A DNA stretch of 64,000 bases from an uncultured Clostridia bacterium (GCA_947570215.1 CANOTO010000007.1:31537-95536), one strand, 5' to 3'; positions 39,321 to 47,587 are shown, numbered from the stretch's first letter. Translations and numbers: made by a program. The notes: generated by a model not told the origin, from the sequence alone.

Positions 39321-39833
39321 ATTTTTGATGGAAAAACCGAATTAAATTTTCTTATACAAAGCTTGATGTTATAGAAAGTATGATTTTTTAAGCGGTTAGC
39401 AAAATAACGATTTAGCAGTCAAGGTCATTGACGGTATCGGTTAGGCTCGAAGCGACAAAATCATAATAAAGATGCGCAACGTCGAAATCAGTATAAATTT
39501 TTTAGATTCGAAGCGTTCAAAAGATAATTATATTTTAATCTAATTACTTTTAATTAATTGCATAAAGTTTAATTTTGATTTGAATTTGCGATTATAGCGC
39601 ACTGAATTATATTTGACGTAAAAGCCGAACAAACCGCAGACGGCGTTTCGATAAAGATTTTTAACAAATTTAATACCGAGCATATTTTAGAAGCGCATTG
39701 CAAAAAAAGGCGTTAATTTTCGATAATGATAACAACGCTTAAACATTATTTCTATAAAAGCCCACTTAATATACAATATTAAAAAACTTTTTATAATTGA
39801 ACTCGTTTTTGAGCTTTACCACTCTCGTTTTGG

Positions 39834-39873
39834 CATATCTATTCGCAAAAGCTGTGTTTTGCGAATAGATATG
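39834..39873. repeat. Perfect 17-bp inverted repeat with a 6-bp spacer (candidate recombinase or regulator binding site)
   Basis: CATATCTATTCGCAAAA (39834-39850), GCTGTG, TTTTGCGAATAGATATG (39857-39873). An extra half-site core TATTCGCAAAA lies at 39937-39947. No T-tract follows the repeat. Confidence 0.9.
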
Positions 39874-39960
39874 TATTGGGCAATGGGTGGGGAATAAAAA
39901 CAAAAAGCATGAATTTGTGATAAATTAAGATAAAATTATTCGCAAAATATCACGTTTTTG

Positions 39961-39989
39961 TTGATTTGCTTTTACAATTAGGGTACAAT
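39961..39989 (+). promoter_or_regulatory. Candidate sigma-A promoter of the recombinase gene (leaderless geometry)
   Basis: TTGATT (39961-39966), a 17-nt spacer, then TACAAT (39984-39989). ATG 39996 begins 7 nt after the -10, and no SD sequence is present. Confidence 0.5.
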
Positions 39990-39995
39990 ATAAGT

Positions 39996-41084
39996 ATGAG
40001 TTCAACTTATTTTGACAAAAGAGATATGGAAAACGTTGCAAAAATAGAACGTATTCTGGACGACGATCTGCCCGACTTCTGCCGTGAGTATTTTGTCGGC
40101 ATATCTACCGGTACCACGACATTGACACGGCTTAATTATGCATACGATATACGCACGTTTTTTAACTATCTGACAAAAAAGGTTTACCGCTTAAAAGGAA
40201 AAAGTACAAAAGAGATTACGCCTGCCGATATCGAGGCGTTGTCCGCATACGAAATCGAAGCGTATCTCAACTATGTTGAGATATATAAGGACGAAAACGG
40301 AAACCTGATACGGAACGGCGCGCGCGGAAAGAGCCGTAAGCTTGCCGCCATACGTTCGTTAACGCGCTACTTCGAAAAGAAGCAGTTAATTCGCCACAAC
40401 CCCACGTCCACGGTAGACACTCCAAAACTGCGAGAAAAGGAGATTATCCGCTTGGAATCGGATGAAATGAGCGCGCTGTTAGACGTTGTCGATACAGGCG
40501 ACGGACTTTCAAGCAGGCAGCAAAAATATCAGGAAAATACGCGCGTACGCGACCTTGCTATCGTAAGTCTGCTGTTGGGAACGGGTATCCGCGTGAGCGA
40601 ACTTGTAGGAATCGACCTTGACGACGTCAATTTTAAGGATATGAGCTTTGTGGTTACGCGCAAGGGCGGCGCGCGCGTGATACTTTATTTTTCCGAAGAA
40701 GTCGCAGGCTATTTGTACGACTATTACGGTATACGAATTGCCGATAAAACGCTCAAAAACGAACCTGCCCTATTCCTATCGCTGCAAAAACGCCGCATAA
40801 CTACGCGCGCAGTGGAAAATATCGTAAAAAAATACAGTCTTGTAGCCACTCCGCTAAAACACATTACGCCGCACAAGCTGCGCTCCACCTTCGGTACGCA
40901 ATTATACCGTAACACCGGGGATATTTACGTTGTTGCCGACGTTCTCGGACACAAGGACGTCAACACTACCAAGCGCCACTACGCTGCAATTACCGAAGAT
41001 ATCCGCAGAAGCGCGTCTACCAAGGTGCGCTTATATGCCGATAAAACGACAGAGACCGACTCCACAATACCCGAAAAGGAGTAA
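39996..41084 (+). CDS. Tyrosine recombinase, long XerS-like Xer-family protein (362 aa)
   Basis: Catalytic region RDLAIVSLLLGTGIRVSEL...VTRKGGARV...ITPHKLRSTFGTQLY...LGHKDVNTTKRHY. It is about 60 aa longer than XerC/D. The TRKGG block and the N-terminal LPDFCREYF region resemble streptococcal XerS as I remember it. Confidence 0.8.
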   Translation: MSSTYFDKRDMENVAKIERILDDDLPDFCREYFVGISTGTTTLTRLNYAYDIRTFFNYLTKKVYRLKGKSTKEITPADIEALSAYEIEAYLNYVEIYKDENGNLIRNGARGKSRKLAAIRSLTRYFEKKQLIRHNPTSTVDTPKLREKEIIRLESDEMSALLDVVDTGDGLSSRQQKYQENTRVRDLAIVSLLLGTGIRVSELVGIDLDDVNFKDMSFVVTRKGGARVILYFSEEVAGYLYDYYGIRIADKTLKNEPALFLSLQKRRITTRAVENIVKKYSLVATPLKHITPHKLRSTFGTQLYRNTGDIYVVADVLGHKDVNTTKRHYAAITEDIRRSASTKVRLYADKTTETDSTIPEKE

Positions 41085-41086
41085 GA

Positions 41087-42337
41087 ATGAACAAAATCGC
41101 AGTAGAAAACGTTGCTCTTGTTTACGTAGAGCTGCCGACTTCGCGCCCCGAACAGGATTTGTACGAGCTCGGCGAACTTATCGACACGGCGCAAGGCGAC
41201 TTGAAACTGACCGTTACGCAAAAACGCAACGTTGCCGACCCCAAAACCGTGGTAGGCAGGGGCAAATTGGAAGAAATCAAACGTTCTATAGAGCTTGCAA
41301 ACGACAAAATTGACGTCGTTATTTTTTCGTGCCCGTTAAACGCCACGCAACGCGCAACTCTTGGCAAGGAGTTGGAATGCGACGTAATAGACAAAATAGA
41401 CCTTATTTTGGATATATTCGCGCTGCGCGCCACCTCCGCCGAAGGCAAAAAACAGGTTGAGCTTGCGCAGCTATCGTACAACTTGGCGACAAAGCCGGAA
41501 GGCGACTTTTCGCGGCAGGGAGCGGGAATAGGCACGCGCGGACCGGGCGAAACCAAATTAGAAACAAACAAACGCGCCGCGCGTAACAAAATGTACCGCT
41601 TGCGGCAAGAGCTTGCGGAAATAGAAAAGCACCGCGATTTAACGCGTAAAAAGCGCGAAACAAACGACGCTTTTACCGTGGCGTTAGTCGGATACACCAA
41701 TGCAGGAAAATCTACGTTGTTTAACAGATTGACGCAATCGGAAATTTATGCAGACGACAAGTTATTTGCCACACTCGATACTACGGTCAGAAAGCTGACG
41801 TTAGATAACGGCGTTAGCGTTTTGCTGTGCGATACCGTAGGCTTTATCAACGAATTGCCTCACGCGCTGTTGAACGCATTTAAGTCAACTCTCGAAGAAG
41901 CTACGCGCGCAGATTTGATTATAAACGTGTGCGACGCGTCGGATGAAAACGTGGTCAACCATATACGTGTTACGGAACAGACTTTAGACGAATTGGGCGT
42001 AAACGCTCCTATACTACGAGTATACAACAAATGCGATCGGCTTAGCGGTGACGAGAATCTGTCTGATACTTTGACCTCCGACACGTCTACGCTTTTCGTA
42101 TCGGCGCTTACGGGTAAAAATTTGGATTTGCTACTATACAAAATAAAAGAATATGTCCGCATGCAATACACTACAATCAAATTACAAGTAAATCTCGGCG
42201 AAGCTGCGAAACTTTTGGCTCGTCTAAATAAATTTTCAGCCAAATGCAAAACGAAATACGACGATAAGAACGCGACTATAACAGCAACCGTCGATAAGAA
42301 ATATGTTAATTTGTTCATAGACTATATTATAATATAA
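41087..42337 (+). CDS. hflX: GTPase HflX
   Basis: HflX N-domain (DLILDIFALRA, QVELAQL, GPGETKLE) and G-domain motifs GYTNAGKST, DTVGF and NKCD. Confidence 0.9.
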   Translation: MNKIAVENVALVYVELPTSRPEQDLYELGELIDTAQGDLKLTVTQKRNVADPKTVVGRGKLEEIKRSIELANDKIDVVIFSCPLNATQRATLGKELECDVIDKIDLILDIFALRATSAEGKKQVELAQLSYNLATKPEGDFSRQGAGIGTRGPGETKLETNKRAARNKMYRLRQELAEIEKHRDLTRKKRETNDAFTVALVGYTNAGKSTLFNRLTQSEIYADDKLFATLDTTVRKLTLDNGVSVLLCDTVGFINELPHALLNAFKSTLEEATRADLIINVCDASDENVVNHIRVTEQTLDELGVNAPILRVYNKCDRLSGDENLSDTLTSDTSTLFVSALTGKNLDLLLYKIKEYVRMQYTTIKLQVNLGEAAKLLARLNKFSAKCKTKYDDKNATITATVDKKYVNLFIDYIII

Positions 42338-42454
42338 AATAAATTTTACTGTATTATAATTACTATTAGTGTAATAGTATGCTACAAAACGGCAAATTTA
42401 GAAATAATAAACGCATGAATGCCCGCTATTTTAGAACAAAATTTTGATTACCTG

Positions 42455-42483
42455 TTGCAATTTGCGAACAAACGTGCTATAAT
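42455..42483 (+). promoter_or_regulatory. Candidate lexA promoter with an embedded LexA (Cheo-type) box
   Basis: TTGCAA (42455-42460), a 17-nt spacer, then TATAAT (42478-42483). The spacer contains CGAACAAACGTGC (42465-42477), compared with the consensus CGAACnnnnGTTCG. ATG 42490 lies 7 nt after the -10. Confidence 0.5.
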
Positions 42484-42489
42484 AACGGT

Positions 42490-43092
42490 ATGAAAAAGGG
42501 CGACAAAAGACTGGAAGAAATGTACGAATATATTCAAAGGTTTATCGACGAAAACAGCTATTCTCCGTCGGTAAGAGAGATAGGCGAAAGGTTCGACATC
42601 AAGTCAACCTCCACCGTACACTACTATCTCGAAAAAATGCGCGCTTCGGGGCTGATAAGCCAAGACGCCAACAAAAAACGCGCCGTGACGCTTAACAAGC
42701 CGAGAGCAAAAAGCAATTACATTCCGTTAATAGGCAACGTAAGCGCAGGTACCGGCATACTGGCAGTAGAGAATATCGAAGGCGAATTTCCTATTCCGCA
42801 GGAGATGTTTGCGGGCGATGACCTGTTTATGCTGCGCGTAGAAGGCTCCAGCATGATAAATGCGGGCATCGCCAACGGAGATACGGTTATAGTTCACTCG
42901 CAAAGCTCCGCCGAAATCGGGGAGATAGTCGTCGTTTTTTGGCAAGATAAAGCGACGATAAAACGTCTGCACTCTACCACGCCGTCGCTTGTACTGCATC
43001 CCGAAAACGACGAAATGGACGACATTGTTATACCTTATCAAGACGATCCCGTAATATTGGGCAAAGTAATAGGCTGCATCAAAAAATTTTAA
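42490..43092 (+). CDS. lexA: SOS repressor LexA
   Basis: wHTH N-terminus (SVREIGERFDIKSTSTVHYYL), cleavage-site region VSAG, and the S24 peptidase motifs GSSM and K (ATIKRL). Confidence 0.95.
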   Translation: MKKGDKRLEEMYEYIQRFIDENSYSPSVREIGERFDIKSTSTVHYYLEKMRASGLISQDANKKRAVTLNKPRAKSNYIPLIGNVSAGTGILAVENIEGEFPIPQEMFAGDDLFMLRVEGSSMINAGIANGDTVIVHSQSSAEIGEIVVVFWQDKATIKRLHSTTPSLVLHPENDEMDDIVIPYQDDPVILGKVIGCIKKF

Positions 43093-43190
43093 CAGCCGCC
43101 CTACTCATTTATTTTATTGTCTTGATTTTATAAACCATTACTATAAAAAATCTATATCGCAACTCGGACATTTCGTTCATGGAGGGTACA

Positions 43191-43915
43191 GTGAAGAAGT
43201 TTTATTCTTGCGGTATTTTATTGATACTTTTGCTAACTGCAGCGCTTACGATTTTTGCGGGATGCGATAGCTACGAATACGAACGCGCCGACGGATTCAA
43301 GATATATACTGCGAGAAGAAAAGGACCGCCGTACTTGCAGAATACGAATGGGACGGCGATTTGAGCCATCTTGACGTTAATATTCCCGACACTTACAAAG
43401 GCTGTGCCGTTACCGCCTTGAGCGGATACGTCTCTCCTACGGGTCCCGGCCGCTTGTTTAAGATTATGCTGTACAAAGGCTTCGATAATGGAACGTTAGA
43501 CGGCGGGCTGGCGACCTTCGACATGGCGGTAAATACTCAAAGTGAGTTCGAAACGGCAATAAAACACGAGTTAGGAGAAAACATTATAATTAAAGACGAT
43601 TTAGTGTTTAATCTGCATATCGGGGCGAATTTGCAGGAATTAGGCGAACCATTGGAGCAGCTATTAGAATACGACGCGCAATCGGATTATTTTCGGCTGT
43701 ACATAGTATCGCCCGACAACACGCAAACATACGCAATAAGCTTTTTTGTTACGGTCGACGAACGCAATAAAAGCTTTTACTCCGACAAATTGGGAAGAAT
43801 GTATTACAGAGACACCGATAATCTCGTCAGATTGTTTTTCTATCACAACCGAGAGAGCTTCCCCGAACACAGCATACCGAATGCAACAAAACCGTCTCCG
43901 CCCGACGTTGCTTAA
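43191..43915 (+). pseudogene. Lipoprotein gene interrupted by a frameshift (or an assembly indel)
   Basis: GGAGG, 5 nt, then GTG 43191 gives MKKFYSCGILLILLLTAALTIFAGC, which contains a lipobox. That frame stops at 43362-43364. The -1 frame is open from 43271 and continues to 43915. Restoring 1 nt, for example in the A4 run at 43319-43322, joins them. Confidence 0.55.
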
Positions 43916-43938
43916 AATCTAATTAACAAAATAAAAAC

Positions 43939-43975
43939 GTAAGTTGAACGGCAACGGCACAACTTACTTTTTTTT
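43939..43975 (+). terminator. Rho-independent terminator
   Basis: Stem GTAAGTTG/CAACTTAC with a 13-nt loop, followed by T8. Confidence 0.65.
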
Positions 43976-44081
43976 AGCACAGCAACCATTAAGAACAGAC
44001 AAACTACATAAGTCAAGATTGCTCATACATAGTATACGCTGCCAAAAGCGCCCCCCCCCATAGCCGTTCCGCAAAATAGCT

Positions 44082-44834
44082 CTAAATATCCTTCAAAAAG
44101 TCGTACTCGTCAAGCTGTTTGCGGTAATCTTCGTAACGCGGCAAAAGATTGGAAATATAATTCCAAAAGTTTTCGTCGTGAGTGGGAATATAAAAATGCG
44201 CGAATGCGTGCGCTATCAAATAAGTGCGCAGATTTAACGGCAGCTGCGTAATTCTATAATCCACGCAGAGAATCCGCTGCGTAGCAAGCGAACACTTAAC
44301 CCAACCGTCGGAAACGTCCTTGAACTCGATTTTCGACGGACACAGCGACGCGCTCGACCCGAAGGAGGATACTTCGCATGCAACGTATAAGCCCGCCATT
44401 TTGCGCAGAAACGCTTTAATTGCTTTGACGCGCGATTCCCTGTCGGCAAAGGACTTTTCACTTATATACAGCGACGAACCTTCCAAATAGGTTTTGTTGG
44501 ACATACTTTTTACTACGTTCACAACGTCCCCCATTATTACGGTTTTTTTACCCGCAAAAATTTCTTTAATAACTTGGCTGTCTATTTCTCTTTCCGTCCG
44601 ACGCGCCAAGTTATGCGCTTTATTTAACGGTTCACAAGGCGCTTGCGTTTGAATCTTTTCCGCTTGCTTGGAATCGTCTTTTTCTTTCTTGGCATTTATC
44701 CAGGCGGAGTTTTCTTCTATAATTTTGCGCAAGCGCTTGCGCGTTACAAAACAATTCGCTACGACATTGAGCATTCCGTTATCGTATTTAATTTTTACTA
44801 CGTTTTTCAACGTACGCGTGACCACAACCTTCAT
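44082..44834 (-). CDS. YgjP/DUF45-like (M48-related) protein with a degenerate zinc motif
   Basis: The C-terminal block YLIAHAFAHFYIPTHDENFWNYISNLLPRYEDYRKQL aligns with the DUF45 pattern HELaHl..nHs..FW......Pdy. However, HExxH is replaced by HAFAH (44196-44210). Confidence 0.65.
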   Translation of the reverse strand: MKVVVTRTLKNVVKIKYDNGMLNVVANCFVTRKRLRKIIEENSAWINAKKEKDDSKQAEKIQTQAPCEPLNKAHNLARRTEREIDSQVIKEIFAGKKTVIMGDVVNVVKSMSNKTYLEGSSLYISEKSFADRESRVKAIKAFLRKMAGLYVACEVSSFGSSASLCPSKIEFKDVSDGWVKCSLATQRILCVDYRITQLPLNLRTYLIAHAFAHFYIPTHDENFWNYISNLLPRYEDYRKQLDEYDFLKDI

Positions 44835-44952
44835 AAAGACAATTATAAACCAAAGAGGATTGCAAATAACTGTCTATATATGCTAATATAACCGATATAC
44901 TGTCGATTAAAACCTTTATTGTCTACTATGTCAGTAATAGTATTATAAATTA

Positions 44953-44981
44953 TTGACAAAACTGCGCCAATATTCTACAAT
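44953..44981 (+). promoter_or_regulatory. Candidate sigma-A promoter of the PadR-like gene
   Basis: TTGACA (44953-44958), a 17-nt spacer, then TACAAT (44976-44981). AAAGGAGG lies downstream. Confidence 0.45.
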
Positions 44982-45008
44982 TATCGCAAAGGAGGCAAGC
45001 TATTTGCT

Positions 45009-46376
45009 ATGAGCGGAGATTTCACCTTTTTGAAAGGAAACATCGAAACGATTATACTGTGTTCGCTGTACAACAATGACAAATACGGCTACGAAATAGC
45101 GAAAGAAATAAAAGAACGCACTTCTAATAAGTACGAAATTAAGCAGCCCACGCTCTACTCCTACTTGAAACGATTAGAAGAAGACGATCTCATCGTATCC
45201 TATTGGGGCGAAAACTCCAATGGCGGGCGCAGACGGTATTACAAGCTTACAAAAACGGGCAAATCCAATTGCGAGCAGTTTATTTCCGAATGGCAATATC
45301 AGCGCTCGGTTTTGAGCGACTTGGTTGACGGCACTGCCGAAGGCACGGAAATAAAACAGGAGGAAGCCACTCCGCTGTTCGGTCGGAGATCTCCCAAAAA
45401 AGAACGCAAAAGCGCGTTCAAGTCCGCAATAGACGAGCAGGACGAAATAGCGAGACGTTTGAGCGAGCTTATGGAACAGCAAAACGAAGACGCGGCTTCC
45501 AACGAAGAACAACTACAGTCCGAACAACAAAAGCAGGATTCCACAGTTTCAACTCAAAGCGAAGAAATCGAGACAACCGCCACCGCTTTCACCGCCGCGG
45601 AAGCTGAACACAATGCCGCCGCAGAAACGCGTCAGATATCATTGGAAGAATATGAACAAGCGCGCGCCAGATTCGAAGTAAATCAGGATAACGCCGACGT
45701 ATTTTTACAAAATTTCGAAGAACGCGCAAAAGAAGTATCCGAACGCGAACCGTCAGAACAACAGGAAGGCGAAAACTACCAGCACGTTTTAATGGGCGTA
45801 TTAGGCGACCAGTTAGAAGAAATGCGGGAAACATCGCAAAATGACGCGCACCGCTCCGCCTACTACAACGAACAGCCGTTGGGTTTGGAAGATGTTGCCG
45901 ACAGCCTTGCAAAAGAAGGAATACGCATACGCATTTACAATCACGCGACGGCGGTTTACAAGTCCAAAATGCTCATACCGCTGTCAAAAGTGTTGTGCCA
46001 AACAGCTTGGATTGCATACGCCGTGGCTTTTATTTATTACGGAATATTAGCGTTAACGTCTATTTCCGTTAAAAATTGGTCTCCGTTTATAATAACCGCG
46101 GGAGCATTGATTATTATACCAATCGGCTTCTCTATAAACGCCATTATCGACCCTACAAGACGAGATAAGCCCGCGTTTAACTTCAAGGTCGCAATTATAA
46201 CTGCCGCCGTTATAGGCGCGATTATAGTGCTTGCGGCCGTCGGTTTCAGCGCCATAGCAAATACGGAATTTTCCAACTTTGTAGCCGTAGCTCAACAAAT
46301 ACTGATACCTCTGGGAATAGCGCTGCTGCTACCGATTTCAATATTGGTTTACAATTTGTTTTATAAAAGATATTAA
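45009..46376 (+). CDS. PadR-family winged-helix regulator fused to an acidic linker and a C-terminal multi-TM domain
   Basis: N-terminal GNIETIILCSLYNNDKYGYEIAKEIK...KQPTLYSYLKRLEEDDLI...RRRYYKLT is PadR-like. Residues ~110-300 are E/Q/A-rich and low complexity. The last ~130 aa contain about 4 hydrophobic helices. Confidence 0.7.
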   Translation: MSGDFTFLKGNIETIILCSLYNNDKYGYEIAKEIKERTSNKYEIKQPTLYSYLKRLEEDDLIVSYWGENSNGGRRRYYKLTKTGKSNCEQFISEWQYQRSVLSDLVDGTAEGTEIKQEEATPLFGRRSPKKERKSAFKSAIDEQDEIARRLSELMEQQNEDAASNEEQLQSEQQKQDSTVSTQSEEIETTATAFTAAEAEHNAAAETRQISLEEYEQARARFEVNQDNADVFLQNFEERAKEVSEREPSEQQEGENYQHVLMGVLGDQLEEMRETSQNDAHRSAYYNEQPLGLEDVADSLAKEGIRIRIYNHATAVYKSKMLIPLSKVLCQTAWIAYAVAFIYYGILALTSISVKNWSPFIITAGALIIIPIGFSINAIIDPTRRDKPAFNFKVAIITAAVIGAIIVLAAVGFSAIANTEFSNFVAVAQQILIPLGIALLLPISILVYNLFYKRY

Positions 46377-46436
46377 AAAATCTTGATGCATAACAGAGTG
46401 TTAAGTTAAGTGTTTTCTATAACAAATATTATAAAA

Positions 46437-46473
46437 AAGCGGCTTAAAATTACCGAATTTTAAGCCGCTTTTT
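46437..46473. terminator. Bidirectional rho-independent terminator
   Basis: 14-bp stem AAGCGGCTTAAAAT/ATTTTAAGCCGCTT, flanked by an A-run upstream and a T-run downstream. Confidence 0.7.
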
Positions 46474-46654
46474 GCATAATTAATAAATTTTGGGTATTTA
46501 TAAGCTTAATGCGATTGCACCGTTTCTTTTCAATTATATCGCACACGAATAAAGCTTACATAAAATAAAAACTTTTATGCGTGATACGACGCAATTAAAG
46601 CCGAGAACACTCGGTTAATTACTTAATTATATCGAAAACAATGAATTTGCAATA

Positions 46655-47587
46655 CTATCTTTGCAAAAGCCTAACGGCTTGGTCCACAACCGATTTAACA
46701 TTATCGTACGTGCACTCACGCAAAAAACTATCGATAGACATGTAGCTTACCTTTTCAATTCGTTCTTCACTCGGACAAACCGCGCGGAGATCAGGTATTT
46801 GAAATATAACCGGCGTTATCGTTTTACAAATCTTCCTTCCCTTATGGTCCATAAAACGCGTTTCGAAAGGAGTAGCCGCGGAAATAGCCTCGCATTCCGA
46901 TACGGTTACGCCGGTTTCTTCACGACATTCACGAACAGCCGCCTGCGCTGGCGTTTCGCCCGGCTCTATATGCCCTTTGGGCAGAGACAACACGCTGTTG
47001 CCGTATATATTCTCTACCGTAGCAAGAAGGAGATTATCGCCGCAGAATACTGCCGCCATCGCGCTGTATTCGCGTAAAACATCCGCGTTAGTGTCAAACC
47101 AAAACAGTTTTTTATCCGCAATATCGCGCTCGTATACACCGCCGTTCTTGGAAATAACCCGCTGCGAAGCATAATTGTCCAAATCGGTAGTCAACAGCAC
47201 CTTGTCCATTCCCATATGCCAAGCTTTTAATAAGCACAGCCGCAAACCTTCGGTTGCGTATCCCTTTCCGCGCTCCCACGGCGCAATGCCGTAACCTATA
47301 TGCCCCGCGCAGGTTAAAATCGCGTCGTTGTCCTTATAACGCAAATTTATTGCGCCGACAATTCGCTCATTATCAATAATCAAAAAATACTTAGCCGGCA
47401 CGAAACCTTGCGGACACGTCTCCTGCCTGCCCATTGCGTTGACTTCCCGCCAAAATTCCGCGAACGTCAAATTGCGGCTGTTAAGTCCGGAAGGAATTTT
47501 CTCGCTTCCGCATTCAGCCTTGTAACGACGCTCGAACGCAGTAAACGCCTGTTCGTCTGTCGATTCCAATTCTTTTAGTCGCACCAT
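46655..47587 (-). CDS. GNAT N-acetyltransferase / NUDIX hydrolase fusion protein
   Basis: The N-terminal half is acetyltransferase-like (IGYGIAPWERGKGYATEGL). The C-terminal half carries a Nudix box GHIEPGETPAQAAVRECREETG. ATG 47587 is preceded by AAAGGAGAAA. Confidence 0.75.
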   Translation of the reverse strand: MVRLKELESTDEQAFTAFERRYKAECGSEKIPSGLNSRNLTFAEFWREVNAMGRQETCPQGFVPAKYFLIIDNERIVGAINLRYKDNDAILTCAGHIGYGIAPWERGKGYATEGLRLCLLKAWHMGMDKVLLTTDLDNYASQRVISKNGGVYERDIADKKLFWFDTNADVLREYSAMAAVFCGDNLLLATVENIYGNSVLSLPKGHIEPGETPAQAAVRECREETGVTVSECEAISAATPFETRFMDHKGRKICKTITPVIFQIPDLRAVCPSEERIEKVSYMSIDSFLRECTYDNVKSVVDQAVRLLQR

